Assembly: GCA_030390025.1 (NCBI GenBank)
Contig: JASTWF010000180.1
Span: 310,001 to 374,000 of the forward strand
DNA: 64,000 nt
Source: Squalus acanthias
Taxonomy: Eukaryota
Reading direction: 5' to 3'
The position numbers and the translations under genes are program-made. Below, in pieces: positions 1 to 11,400 of the stretch (positions are counted from its first letter, which is position 1; each line of letters opens with the position of its first letter). The notes under the pieces are model-generated. The model worked only from the letters and a program-made list of their open reading frames with translations. It was not told where the DNA came from and did no database searches.

Positions 1-570
1 ATAGGTTGAGACAGGTCCTAATGTAATACAAGCAGATACACGGTCTTGTGCAGTGATGACTGAGAGAGGGAAGTGTAATATAAAGAGTGCTATAGTCCAG
101 TGCAATAATAACTGAGAGAGGGCCTACTGTAATATAAACAGATTCCGGGTTCCGTGTAATATAAACAGATACATGGTCTAGTGTGATAATAACTGAGACA
201 GGGTCTAGTGTAATATAAACAGAGAAAGGGTCTAGTGTAATATAAACAGAGACAGGGTCTAGTGTGATAATAACTGAGACAGGGTCCTGTGTAATACAAA
301 CAGAGACAGGGTCTATTGTAATATAAACAGAGGCAGGGTCTAGTGTGATAATAACTGAGACAGGGTCCTGTGTAATACAAACAGAGAGAGGGTCTAGTGT
401 ATTAATAACAGAGACAGGGGCTAGTGTAACATAATGAGTGACATGGACTAGTGAATTAAAAACTGAGTCAGGGGATGGTGTAATTTAAACAGAAACATGA
501 TCTAGCGCAATATATGCAGGGACATAGTGTAGTGCAGTAATAAATTAGACCGGGTCTAGTGTAACATAAA
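1..570. repeat. ~27-bp degenerate minisatellite (acagggtctagtgtaatataaacagag)
   Basis: Repeated cagggtc(c/t)(a/t)gtgtaata units; explains spurious ORF 90..380. Confidence 0.85.
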
Positions 571-574
571 ACAA

Positions 575-2125
575 ATCCAGAAATAATGGGGAACCACGGG
601 TCTAGTGAGAATCAGGAACTTAAAGAAATTATTATTAGTAAATAAATAGTACTGGAGAAATTAATGGGACTAAAAGCCAACAAATCCCGTGGACCTGACG
701 CCCGACATCCTAGGTTTTTAAAAGTGGTGCCTGCAGAGACAGTGGTTGCATTGGTTTTGATCTTCCAGAATTCCTTATATTCTAGAACGGTCCATGTGGA
801 TTGCAAGATAGCAAATATAACCCCGTATTCAAGAAAGGAGTGAGACAGAAAACAGGGAACAATAGACCAGATAGCTTGACATCAGTAGTCAGGAAAATGA
901 TAGAATCTATTATTAGGGACGTGGTAACATGGCACTTAGAAAATCATAATATGATTGAGCAGAGTCAACACGGATTTATGAAAGGGAAATCGGGTTTGAC
1001 AAATCTAATAGATTTGTTTGAAGTTGTAGCTAGCAGGGTAAATAAGTGGTTGTAGTGTATTTCGATTTTCAGAAGGCATTCTATACAGTGCGACACTGGA
1101 GGTTATTACCCAAAATTAGGGGTCATGGGATTGGGGGTAATATATTAGCATAAATTGAGGATTGGTTAACGGACCGAAAACAAAGTAGGAATAAACGGGT
1201 CATTTTCGGGCTGGCAGGCTGTAACTAGTGGGTTACCGCAAGGATCAGTGCTTAGGCCTCAGCTATTTACAATCCATATCAATGCCTTAGATGAGGAGAC
1301 CGAGTGTAATGTATCCAAGTTTGCTGATGATGCAAAGGTACGTAGGAGAGGAAGTTGTGAGGAGGATGCAAAGAGGCTGCAAAGGGATACAGACAGGTTA
1401 AATAATGGGCAATAGCATGGCAGATGGAATGTAAACTGGAGAAATGTGAAGTTATCCACTTTTGTAGGAAAAATAGAAAAGCAGAATATCTTTTATACAT
1501 GGAGAGATTGGGAAATGTTGGTGTTCAGAGGGATCTATCTGGCTGTCCCTGTACACGAATCACTAAAAGTTAACATGCAGGTATAGCAAGCAATTAGGAA
1601 AGCACATGGTATGTTAGCCTTTATTAAAAAGGGATTGAAGTATAAGAGTAAATAAGTCTTACTGCAATTATATAGGGCCTTGGTGAGACCACACCGGGAG
1701 TACAGTTTTGGTCTCCTTAACTACGGAAGTATATACTTGCCTTAGAGGAAGTACAACGAAGGTTCACCAGACTAATTCCTTGGATGGGGGGATTGTCCTT
1801 GAAGAAGGATTGAGAAAATTAGGCCTATATTCCCTAGAATGTAGAAGAATGAGAGGTGATCTCATTGAAGCATATAACATTCTTACAGGGCTTGACAGGG
1901 TCGATGCAGGGAGGATGTTTCCCCTGGCTGGGGAATCAAGAATCAGGGGTCACAGTCTCAGAATAAGGGGTCGGCCATTTAGGACTGAGATGAGGAGAAA
2001 TTTCTTCACTCAACGGGTTGTTAATCTTTGTAATTCTCTACCCCAGAGGGTTATGGATGCTCAGTCGTTGAGTATATTCAAGACAGAGATCGATAGATTT
2101 TTGGATATTAAGGGAATCAAGGGTT
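575..2125 (+). mobile_element. CR1 LINE ORF2 (RT) fragment, degenerate
   Basis: Broken ORFs with SQHGFMKGKS-LTNL, KFADD and RGDLIEAY...FFTQRVVNL motifs. Confidence 0.9.
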
Positions 2126-2179
2126 TATCACCTGCAGGCTGAAGTGTTCCGTAACACCAGGTACAGAAGTGCCTGCAAA

Positions 2180-2634
2180 GGCAAAATACTGCGGTTGCTG
2201 GAAATCTGAAATATAAACAGAAAATGCTGGAAATACTCCGCTGGTCAGGCAGCACCTGTGGCGAGAGAAGCAGAGTTAATGTTTCAGTTCGAAGACCTTT
2301 GGTCAGAGCTTGAAAATGTCACCGATCTTACAGGTTTTAAGCAAGTACAGAGGCAGGGAAAGTGGGGGTGGGGAGGAAGGAACAAAAGGGAAGGTCTGTG
2401 ATAGGGCTGAATGCAGGTGTGATTAAATGACAAAAGGGATGATGGTGTAAGGCGAAAGGAGGATGTTAATGGTACAAGTAAAAAAAATAAAAGATGAGTC
2501 TAGAGGAGGTGTAAATGGATGCAGCAGAATTATTACCAGCATCTGCTGTCCTTAAAAATGGGAGCAGTGGCTTTGATCTGAAATTGTTGAACTCAGTGTT
2601 GAGTCCGGAAGGTTGTAAAGCGCCTTATCGAAAC
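2180..2634 (-). mobile_element. Penelope-like element 3' end (GIY-YIG C-terminus plus pLTR)
   Basis: Minus strand encodes GALQPSGLNTEFNNF-like peptide, followed by pLTR with ctgaccaaaggtcttcgaactgaaacattaac, related to 22779-22922. Confidence 0.7.
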
Positions 2635-2845
2635 CGAACTGTCCCTTTGTTTCTACTGTTCGCTTTTACTGCCACCATGTGGCCAAAGACTACCATTGCA
2701 CCTAATGTGAAAATGGCGATGCCAGTAACTGTTTCTGATATTAATGTATCAAGAAACAGCTTACATGGATGTACCACCTCGTCACCTTCTCCGGCAGGTC
2801 CCAAAGGAGTTAACGTGCAACTAATTGCAGATGTACGAGGCCGAT
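2625..2845 (-). other. Candidate orphan connecting-peptide/transmembrane exon
   Basis: Polypyrimidine tract + CAG acceptor (ctcttttgctgatctttctgcgcgcag), phase 1; encodes DRPRTSAISCTLTPLG...HPCKLFLDTLISE-TVTGIAIFTLGAMVVFGHMVAV-KANSRNK. Confidence 0.3.
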
Positions 2846-3239
2846 CTGCGCGCAGAAAGATCAGCAAAAGAGCAAAGTGGCTCGATTTCTGTTAATGTAT
2901 TTCTGTTGAACTTGGTTGAAGGGAGGAATGTTGACCGGTACACAGTGTGGGGCCCTGGGAGCTTTAATGTCCACCTCAGCTGACAAGGTTCGTTGGGGGG
3001 GGGGGAATAGGTAATTGGTTCATGATACTACCTGAAAGATAGGGCCTTTTCAGGACTGCACCGATTGGAATCCTCATTAATAAGCTCGGGTTCATAAGAT
3101 GAAGTGGAATCCACAAGATACTGATTCTGAAACCAGATGCAATTCACTTTAGCCAAGATGCTCCTAAAATGCGAAATGGGTTCACGTGACACTTTGAATC
3201 TACTTTGTGAAAATTATACCGGTAATATCGTTACCAAAA

Positions 3240-3645
3240 AGAAGGCAGAGGGGTGACCTAATAGATGTCTATAAAATTATGAACGGTTTTGATAGAGTGG
3301 ATACAGAGAGAATGTTTCCACTTGTGGGGAAGAGCATAACTAGAGGCCATCAACATAAGATAGTCACCAAGAAATCCAAAAGGGAATTCAGAATAAACCT
3401 CTTTATCCAAAGAGTGGTGAGAATGTGGAACTCACTACCACAGGGAGCAGTTGAAGTGAATAGTGTAGATGCATTTAAGCGGAGGCTGGGCAAACAAATG
3501 AGGGAGAAGGAAATAGAGGATTATGCTGATAGATTTAGATGAGGAAAGACGGGAGGAGGCTCGAGTGGAACATATACACCGGCATGGATTGGTTGGGCCG
3601 AAAGGCCTGTTTCTGTGCCGTATATCCGATGTAATCCTATGTAAT
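3240..3645 (+). mobile_element. CR1 LINE 3' fragment
   Basis: RGDLIDVYKIM...QRVVRMWNSLP peptide and CR1 3' tail. Confidence 0.85.
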
Positions 3646-3729
3646 CCATTAAATATACATATACTAATATCACAAATAGCAACATCAAGAGTACAATTAC
3701 AAAACTTGTGATTAGTGCAATTTAAATTC

Positions 3730-4770
3730 ATAGAATCTTGAGTCTTATGGCACCGACGGAGGCCATTTCTCCCATCGTGCCTGTGCTGGCTCTTTCAAAC
3801 AGCTATCTAGTCAGTCCCACTCCCCTGCACTTTCTCCAAAGCCCTGTAAATCTTTCCTTTTCAAGTATTTATCCAGTTCCCTTTTGAATTTACTATTGCA
3901 TCTTGAAGCAGTGCCTTCCAGATCATTACACGCTGCGTAAAAACATCTCCTCATCACCCCCCTGGTTATTTTTCCAATTAGCTTAAATCTGTGTCCTCTG
4001 GTTACCGCCCCGCCTGCCAGTGAAAATAATATTATGGCCCGTATTTTCCGATCCCTACGGGTGTATAAGAGTTTAAAACGCAATTTTTTAAAACTTATTT
4101 ATAATTGTAAAATTCTTTTTAAAAAGGTAAGCTCATTTTTAGTCCGGTAAAACTTTTATTTTTTTTCCAAAAATTACATTTTTGTTTAAAATATTTAATT
4201 GAATGTAATTTCAGCTAATTTTATAAACGTGATTTGTTTTTAAATTTATTTAATATTTTAATGTGTTTTTGGAATAATCTCCATTCATTCTTTTGACAGG
4301 TCTAAGCTGTCAAAAGTATAAAGGGGAAATTCCCTTCTTTCATTGGTTTCCCATGGCCCACGTGATCCCAGGGACGCTTGCGAACCGCATGCGCCCCTGG
4401 TCTACCTGGGCCCTGCGCATTTCGTGGAGCAGAGGCCCAGGAGCGGAAATCGCCGGTCCTCTGGAGCCCTCAGCTAAGGGCGTAGATTTTTTTCCAGATC
4501 GGAGGCCTCCGCACGCAGGAAGCCTCCGATCGGAAAATGCGGGCCTGTATCTCACTGTGAAGTCTATCACAATCCTTCATAATTTTGAACACCTCTATTT
4601 GATCTCCCTTTAATCTTCACTGCTCTAAGAAGAACAATCACAACTCCTCTAGTCTCCGCATAACTGAAGTCCCCCATCCCTTGTACAATTCTAGAAAGTC
4701 TCCCCTGTACCCTATCCAAGGAGTTGACATCCATCCTGAAGTGTGGTGGAAATAAATTGAATCAATATTT
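3730..4770 (-). mobile_element. CR1 LINE 3' fragment interrupted by a MITE
   Basis: TRGHRFKLIGK...LDKYLKRKDLQG on minus strand, resuming after 4546. Confidence 0.75.
4036..4545. mobile_element. Non-autonomous TIR DNA transposon (MITE, possibly PIF/Harbinger-like)
   Basis: TIRs ggcccgtattttccgatc / gatcggaaaatgcgggcc (17/18 match), AT-rich interior, inserted in CR1. Confidence 0.7.
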
Positions 4771-5329
4771 CTCCTAGAGATTATTCCTCTGATCTCTGAA
4801 AATTGGACGGAGAAGCAATCTGTGTATTATTAATATTGATAACAACATTAATTGATATGATAGGTTACACAGTGCCCTGGGTACTCAGCAACATCGACCT
4901 CTGTATGTTTCATGTTTCAATAAGATCACTGTCGCCACCTGCTACAAGACGCTGAGATTTTTTTAGAACAGGATTCATAATTCCGTACACAACAACATAC
5001 ATGTACCCAGTGACGTTCACCGATAGGATTTTCTCAGAGTAAACCACAAGAGGGACAAGAGATCAGGTGGAACTATGGGCGGAAGGAACAAAACCACTGT
5101 TACAAATTCTGAGGACGTTTTTTATGGGAAGTGTAAAGTTATTTCGGAAGAAACTGGCAAAGAAGAAGGGAATCTCAGCTGCAAAAATAGCACAAAACCG
5201 CCTCTAATGGTGGAGTAGGAGGATCAGCTACATCTGAGTTTCCAGTGGGCGGCTGCGCAGCTGCGCCGCTCTTACGCCGGGTTGAAACTTGCTGCAATGA
5301 GCGCAGAGCGCATGAAACCGTCCACATTT

Positions 5330-5500
5330 CACATGCGTTTGCGTGACGAACAGTCGGCCATTTCGCTGTGACGTGCTGCGGTCATGTTTGTGTGACGTAC
5401 AGCCGGCCATGTTTTTGGGACGTGCCGTCGGCCATGTTTGTATGACGTACTGGCGGCCATGATTGGTCCACGTACTGTCGCCCATGTTTGTGTGACGTCT
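5330..5500. repeat. ~26-bp degenerate tandem repeat (cggccatgtttgtgtgacgtac)
   Basis: About 6 units with TGACGT cores; reverse-complement relative at 50540-50710. Confidence 0.7.
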
Positions 5501-6560
5501 CGTCAGGTGAACCTATGTTTATTTTAATAAAACAACACGGTTGAAATAAAACATGACTTCAATTTCCACCAAAGAAGCCTTCTCACTTTCTAAATAAAAA
5601 TAAGAGAATTTACTGCCGTCATAAAGCTGCAGACAGCGACGATTAAAACCGGTGGCGAGTTGCGCATATGCGAAAAGAGCTCCCAAAGTGCAGCGCGGCC
5701 GAGATCCACATCGGGGCATTTGTGTGCCGCTTAGCATTGTGGGACTCTCTGTCCTTCAATCATTGACAGGGTGTAATGCAACTGAAACACTTTTGCCAAT
5801 TTAGTCCAGCCTCCTGAGGGGCTCCTGCCACACGGACCGAGCGCTCCGTATAGACTAATAGAACTTGGTCAGATTTATCCCAGGTAATCTAATGCACGGA
5901 AGTTAAATGATGCGGCCAGAGACCAGAACAGCAAGAACAGAAAAAGAGTTCAGAAATCTCTCTATTTTCCCCGCAGGTCTGCCGAAACATTCAACTATGT
6001 TTCTCTTTCATGTCCTCTCCCATTCGGCTGTGTGTTTCCAACTCCTCTGTTTCCAAGTTTGGAAAGTTGCATCTATCTTTCCGTGGAGCTAAAAGAAAGT
6101 AATGTGTCAGAAAATTTTCCCAAGCCCACAACTCATTAAATATCCGGTTTTGAAGGAATACACGGGATGAAATAACAAACACAGGAGGAATATGGGAACC
6201 AGATCCTGTCCTATTAACGAAGCGACCAGCAGGAAGTTCCTGGCGCTGTCAGCAAACCTCTTTCTCGGAGCTGATCGGAACATCGATCCATAACTTTAAG
6301 GGAAAACAGCTGATCAGAAGCAGAAAGGACAGCTTAACCGATCGATTCATTCTGCGATCGATCTTTCGGGCCGATTGGATTCTGCAGTTTGTTTTCTCGG
6401 CCGCTCCTGGAAGCAGTTGGGTGACAGTTTGATCAGAGGTTAATTTGGTTTCCTCTCCGTGTGTGTTTGAGCGCCTGACAGCGCTGCTCATTGTGGCTGC
6501 ATCTGCCCGCGATTCCACACAACCCCAACAGACAGGAGCTCCACTCTACAGTACAATGGC

Positions 6561-6599
6561 AGTTTTTGTACAGGGCTGAGACTGCTTTCCATCATTGTG
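6561..6599 (-). promoter_or_regulatory. 23-RSS of V1
   Basis: CACAATG-23 bp-ACAAAAACT immediately after YYCAFSLG. Confidence 0.95.
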
Positions 6600-7069
6600 T
6601 GTCCCAGAGAGAATGCGCAGTAATACACGGCAGCGTCAGTCAGCTGCAGCCCGGAGATGGTTAAACTGGTGAATTTAGTCGAGGTCTTGAGCTCTACAGC
6701 GAAACGGGTTTTCGCAAAATCTGCTTTATCTTCAGCACCGCTCGAGTATTTGTTCAGTATAAACTCGGGCTGTGTGTCTGGGTGTTGTCGGTACCAGTAT
6801 AAATAATAGTAGCGCTGTGTAGTATCATAGGTACAGTTTAAAGTCACCGCTTCTCCTTCTGTCTTAACTGCTGAGGACAGCGGCTGAGTGACAGAATCTC
6901 CAAGACTCAGATCTGAAAAACATGTTCAAACAGAAAAAGATCAGACCGGCGGGTGTTTTAAATTCAGATTCAAACCATGTTAGAAATGAGAGAAAAGATG
7001 AGATGTGTTTGGTCCACAATTACCTGTCAGAAATGCCCCCCACACAGCCCAGATGCTGAGTAGCCGCAT
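6600..7069 (-). CDS. TCR delta/alpha-type V segment (V1), inverted; leader exon 7024-7069, V exon 6600-6912
   Basis: Leader MRLLSIWAVWGAFLT with G|gtaatt donor; tttttcag acceptor; DSVTQPLSSAVKTEGEAVTLNCTY...YLYWYRQHP...LTISGLQLTDAAVYYCAF; open frame; 23-RSS. Confidence 0.93.
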
Positions 7070-7164
7070 TGCCGCTGTCCGCTCTGTAAAAGGGGGGTTG
7101 GATATTTGAAGACACCCGTTCTAAGCCCCGCCCTCAATAATCTGCTGTCGTGTCTCAGGATGCT

Positions 7165-7180
7165 CTCACCTCACTTCCTG
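7165..7180 (-). promoter_or_regulatory. Putative V1 promoter ETS + CRE/decamer-like element
   Basis: CAGGAAGTGAGGTGAG ~100 bp upstream of the V1 ATG. Confidence 0.4.
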
Positions 7181-7854
7181 GTGTCCCCAGTCGTGCTGTG
7201 AGACCGGTAGGTGGTGAGCTGGCTGCCAGTAAATGGAAACACCCCGAACTGGGCCACAGTCAGTGTCCTTATAGGGGATGGGTTAGAGGCCATGTGTGGG
7301 AACGAAACCCTTGTCTGCTAATTGTAACCGGGAAGCTCAGGGATTGTTAATGGTGACAGAAAACATTCCAGCATTAGTGGGACATTCTGAAGGGCAATGG
7401 ACCAAGGGGGAACTTTGTGCTTAGGGATTGTTTTAAAGAACACAATCACTAACTTGTGAAATCAGTTCAATGTGTATAAACTGTCTCTGGCCCAGCAACA
7501 TACACTGATGAATAAAACGCTCTGTACAGGCCGCGATAAAAGGGTCCGGGAAACTGACATGGGAGATGTGAAAAGGGCTGCACAATATTGCAGGCAGGCA
7601 CAGAATGTGCATCAAAAGACAAAAGGGGAGTTAAGGCGCCACAGATGGATGTAGTGAACCACACATGCTGTTGCTGAGAATTTTCTTTTTTTTGCCCTTT
7701 TAAGAATCTCCCTGCGATTCTCGCAGTGGGGGCTGAATTCTTGATTCTGTTTATCGGTGTGAAGGAGCCCTCTGGTGAGCACTAACTGGAACTCTCAGTG
7801 TGGGTTTTTGTGCGGGATCCGCCATATCTCTGCAGCAGTGTGGGGTCAATGGAG

Positions 7855-8222
7855 CACCTTTATCTCTCTCCCTCTGTTCGTGTCTCTCTGTATCACTGTG
7901 CTCAGTCACACCTTTATCTCTCTCCCTCTATTGGTGTCTCTGTATCGCTGTGCTCAGTCACACCTTTATCTCTCTCCCTCTGTTGGTGTGTCTCTCTTTA
8001 TCACTGTACTCAGTCACACCTTTATCTCTCTCTCTCTGTTGGTGTCTCTTTGTATCACTGTGCTCAGTCACACCTTTATCTCTCTCCCTCTGTTGGTGTG
8101 TCTCTCTGTATCACTGTACTCAGTCACACCTTTATCTCTCTCCCTCTGTTGGTGTCTCTCTGTATCACTGTACTCAGTCACACCTTTATCTCTCTCCCTC
8201 TGTTGGTGTCTCTCTTTATCAC
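7855..8222. repeat. 52-54-bp satellite, array 1 left part (RSS-like monomer)
   Basis: Monomer tctctccctctgttggtgtctc(tc)tgtatcactgtgctcagtcacacctttatc. Confidence 0.97.
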
Positions 8223-8405
8223 TGTCGTAAGAATGAGCCTTACGCGTGGTAAACTTAATGTAAGCTTTAATCAACTTAAAACGGTGCTGCATACAAAAGA
8301 GGTCTTACCCTATGCCTCTTCCAGAGCTAACTGATCAGTCCAGTATTTATCCTGGACTGATTACAGGAAGTGATGTCATACAGGAAGCTGAAAAGTGTTA
8401 CCACA
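8223..8405 (-). repeat. 3' LTR of Gypsy element
   Basis: 183 bp, identical to 12460-12642, preceded on the element strand by a G-rich polypurine tract. Confidence 0.95.
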
Positions 8406-8423
8406 TTCTCCCCCCCCAAAAGA

Positions 8424-11400
8424 TTAGGAGGCCGGAATGCTCCCTCCATTTCGTAGCCGTTGGATGAGGGAGAGCCGCACCCGTTTGGGTTCTCGTAGCG
8501 GTAGAGGGCCCCTAGCCCGTTTACCCGCTGCGGGCCATGGACCAGAGTCCGAGTGCTCCAGCCCGCTCTGTGAGGGGTCAGAACGATCCTGACTGTGTAC
8601 TGGTACCCGAATGGGTGTCGGGCAGGGCTGTGGCAGATCCGTTTCTGAGCGTACGGTACAGGGTTGATCGTGGCTGCGCGTGCGAGCCCCGACGGGCTCA
8701 TAGTCAGTCTGCCCCAGGTCGGCACGCTGGAGTGAGGTACCAGCCGGCGTCAGATCCCGATCATGATGAGAGGCACCTGGCAAGCCCAGAGATGTGCCTG
8801 GTACAATATCATCCCCTGGTGTCCCTCTATGTTTCGGCGGGCAGGGAGCCAGATCCCGCAATGACACGGTAGATTCCCGACCGTCAGGATACCGAATATA
8901 GGCGTAGGTAGGGTTGACGTCAGTGAGCTCAACCTCATCTACCAGGGGGTCATTCTTAGACGCCCGGACATATCTTCGGAGTAGCACTGGTCCCGGTGCA
9001 GTCAGCCACGACGGGAGAGATGTCCCATAGGATGAGCGACGCTGAAATCGGAAGAACCGTTCATGAGGCGTCGTATTTGTGGCGGTCGAAAGGAGGGACC
9101 GTGTGGAGTGTAATGCGTCTGGAAGTACTGCTTCCCAATGCTGGTTGGGTAGGCCCCGAGATCTCAAAGCCAGACGTACCGCATTCCAGATGATAGCGTT
9201 AAAACGCTCGACTTGCCCATTCCCAACCGGATGATAAGGCGTCGTTTTGCTGGCAGCAATACCCCGTTCCGAGAGATAGGCCTTGAGTTCTCCCGACATA
9301 AAAGAAGGGCCCCGATCTGAATGAACATAGGATGCCATGCCACAGAAAGCAAATACCTGTTCAAGGCAGCTGATAACCGTGGTTGTCAGCATATTGGGGC
9401 AGGGAAAGGCAAACGGAAAACGAGAATACTCATCAACCATTGTTAATAGATAAGTGTTGCGAGTCGAAGAGGGCAACGGCCCCTTAAAATCGATGCTAAG
9501 CCTTTGCATTGGCTGGGTCGCATGTATGAGTATACCACCCGAGGGGCGGAAAAACCGAGGTTTCAATTCCGCACAGACTCTGCAGTCCGAGCACATCTTC
9601 TTTACATCCCCGGTAGAGAATGGGAGATTTCGGGACCGCACGAAGTGCAGCATGCGAGTAACGCCTGGATGACACAACCCATCATGGATGTCTACGAGCG
9701 TAGAGGGTGCCATGGCGGAGCAGAATGCTCGTGTGAGGGTATCCGGAGCCACATTCTCCTTGCCAGGTCGATAGTGGATGGTGTAACCAAAAGAGGCCAA
9801 TTCCAGCCGCCAAAGCTGGATTTTATTATTTTTAATTTTGGTCCGTTTTCGATTATCGAGCATGAAGGCGACCGATCGCTGGTCCGTGATTAAGGTAAAG
9901 TGCTGGCGAGCCAGGAGATGACTCCACTTCCGTACTGCCTCTATGATGGCTGTAGCTTCTTTCTCGACTGGAGGATAATGTAGCTCAGCCCCTTGAAAAG
10001 TCCTGGACAAAAATGCCACCGGACGACCTTCCTGATTCAGAGTGGCTGAGATTGCCACCTCCGAGGCATCACACTCAACCACGAAAGGAAGACTCTCATC
10101 GATGGAGTGAAGAGCCGCTTTCTCCAACTGCTTTTTCAGGAGGTTAAAGGCTGCAACAGCCGTTGTGTCTAGTGGGAATGTGCTGGCCTTCAGTAGAGGT
10201 TGGATTCGGTCCGAGAAGTTAGGAATCCATTTCGCATAGTATGCAAACAGGCCGAGGGCCCGGCGCAAGGAGGCCGGATTCTTAGGTGGCGGGAGTTCTT
10301 GGAGTGGGCGAAGCCTTTCAGGGTCAGGTTTAATGATGCCATTGCCCACACAATAGCCAAGGATGTTGATAGTTGGTTGTGACTCAATGGATTTAGCCGC
10401 ATTCAATGTCAAATTACGGTGCTGGAGTGCATCCCAAAATCGTTGGAGATTGGCGTCATGTTCCTGCTGATTGCGACCTGCGACAGTAATATTGTCCAGA
10501 TAAGGAAACGTATCCTTCAAGTCTTCCTGTTTGACCAGGTCATCCATTGCTCGCTGGAAGACAGCCACTCCATTAGTGACCCCAAAGGGGAGGCGACGAA
10601 ATTGATACAGCCGCCCATTGGCTTCAAAGGCTGTATACTGCTTGTCTGAGACCTTCAAGGGTACCTGATGATAGGCGCTTTTCAGATCATAAGTCGAGAA
10701 CACCGTGTACTCAGCCAATTTATTAACCATATCATCGATGCGCGGCAATGGGTATGCGTCCAAGTCCGTATACTGATTGATGGTCTGTGAATAGTCAATG
10801 CACAGCCGTTTCTTGTGAGGTTGTAGAGGGTTCTTAACAATAACGACCTGGGCGCGCCATGGCGACGAACAAGGCTCGATGATATCCTCTGCTAAAAGCC
10901 GAGAAATCTCAGCCGCAATAAAAGACTGGTCTTCCTGACTGAAACGGCGTGACTTTGTTATAATCGGTTTGCATCGAGGAGGGATACTGGCAAACAGTGA
11001 GGGTTCATCCAGTGAAGCTGCTGACAAGGCACAGAACGGTAATCGAGGTCGTATATTAGAAATAGTGAGTTCAGGTTTGGATCCGCCGAACTCAATGGTA
11101 AGCTTCTTATGCTGCTTTTGAAAATCCAGCCCTAAGATAAGATCACTACATAAGTCCTTGAGCACCGAAAGCCGGGTGGAGGGATACCTGTGACCTTTAA
11201 GCATTATTTCAACTACACAGAAGCCAGAAATTCTGGTATTAAGTGATGACTGAGCCATCGCAACTGCCTGGTCCGATGGAAAAACATGTAGCTTTAACTG
11301 TGCAACAGTCTGTTCCCTAATGAAACTATCAGTGCTACCTGAGTCAATTAAGGCATCTAAAGTATGTCCTTTAATTGATGCTTTTGGAGCTGCATGGAAT

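Noticed and set aside
4868-4895. Isolated perfect CACAGTG as a J or D RSS
   Set aside because: Poor nonamer and no FGxG/WGxG reading frame with a donor next to it.
5064-5105. J-like peptide VELWAEGTKPL on plus strand
   Set aside because: No upstream RSS, no splice donor, and first Gly missing.
6440-6530. Second CACAATG downstream of V1 as a D segment
   Set aside because: No nonamer at 12 or 23 bp and no upstream heptamer.
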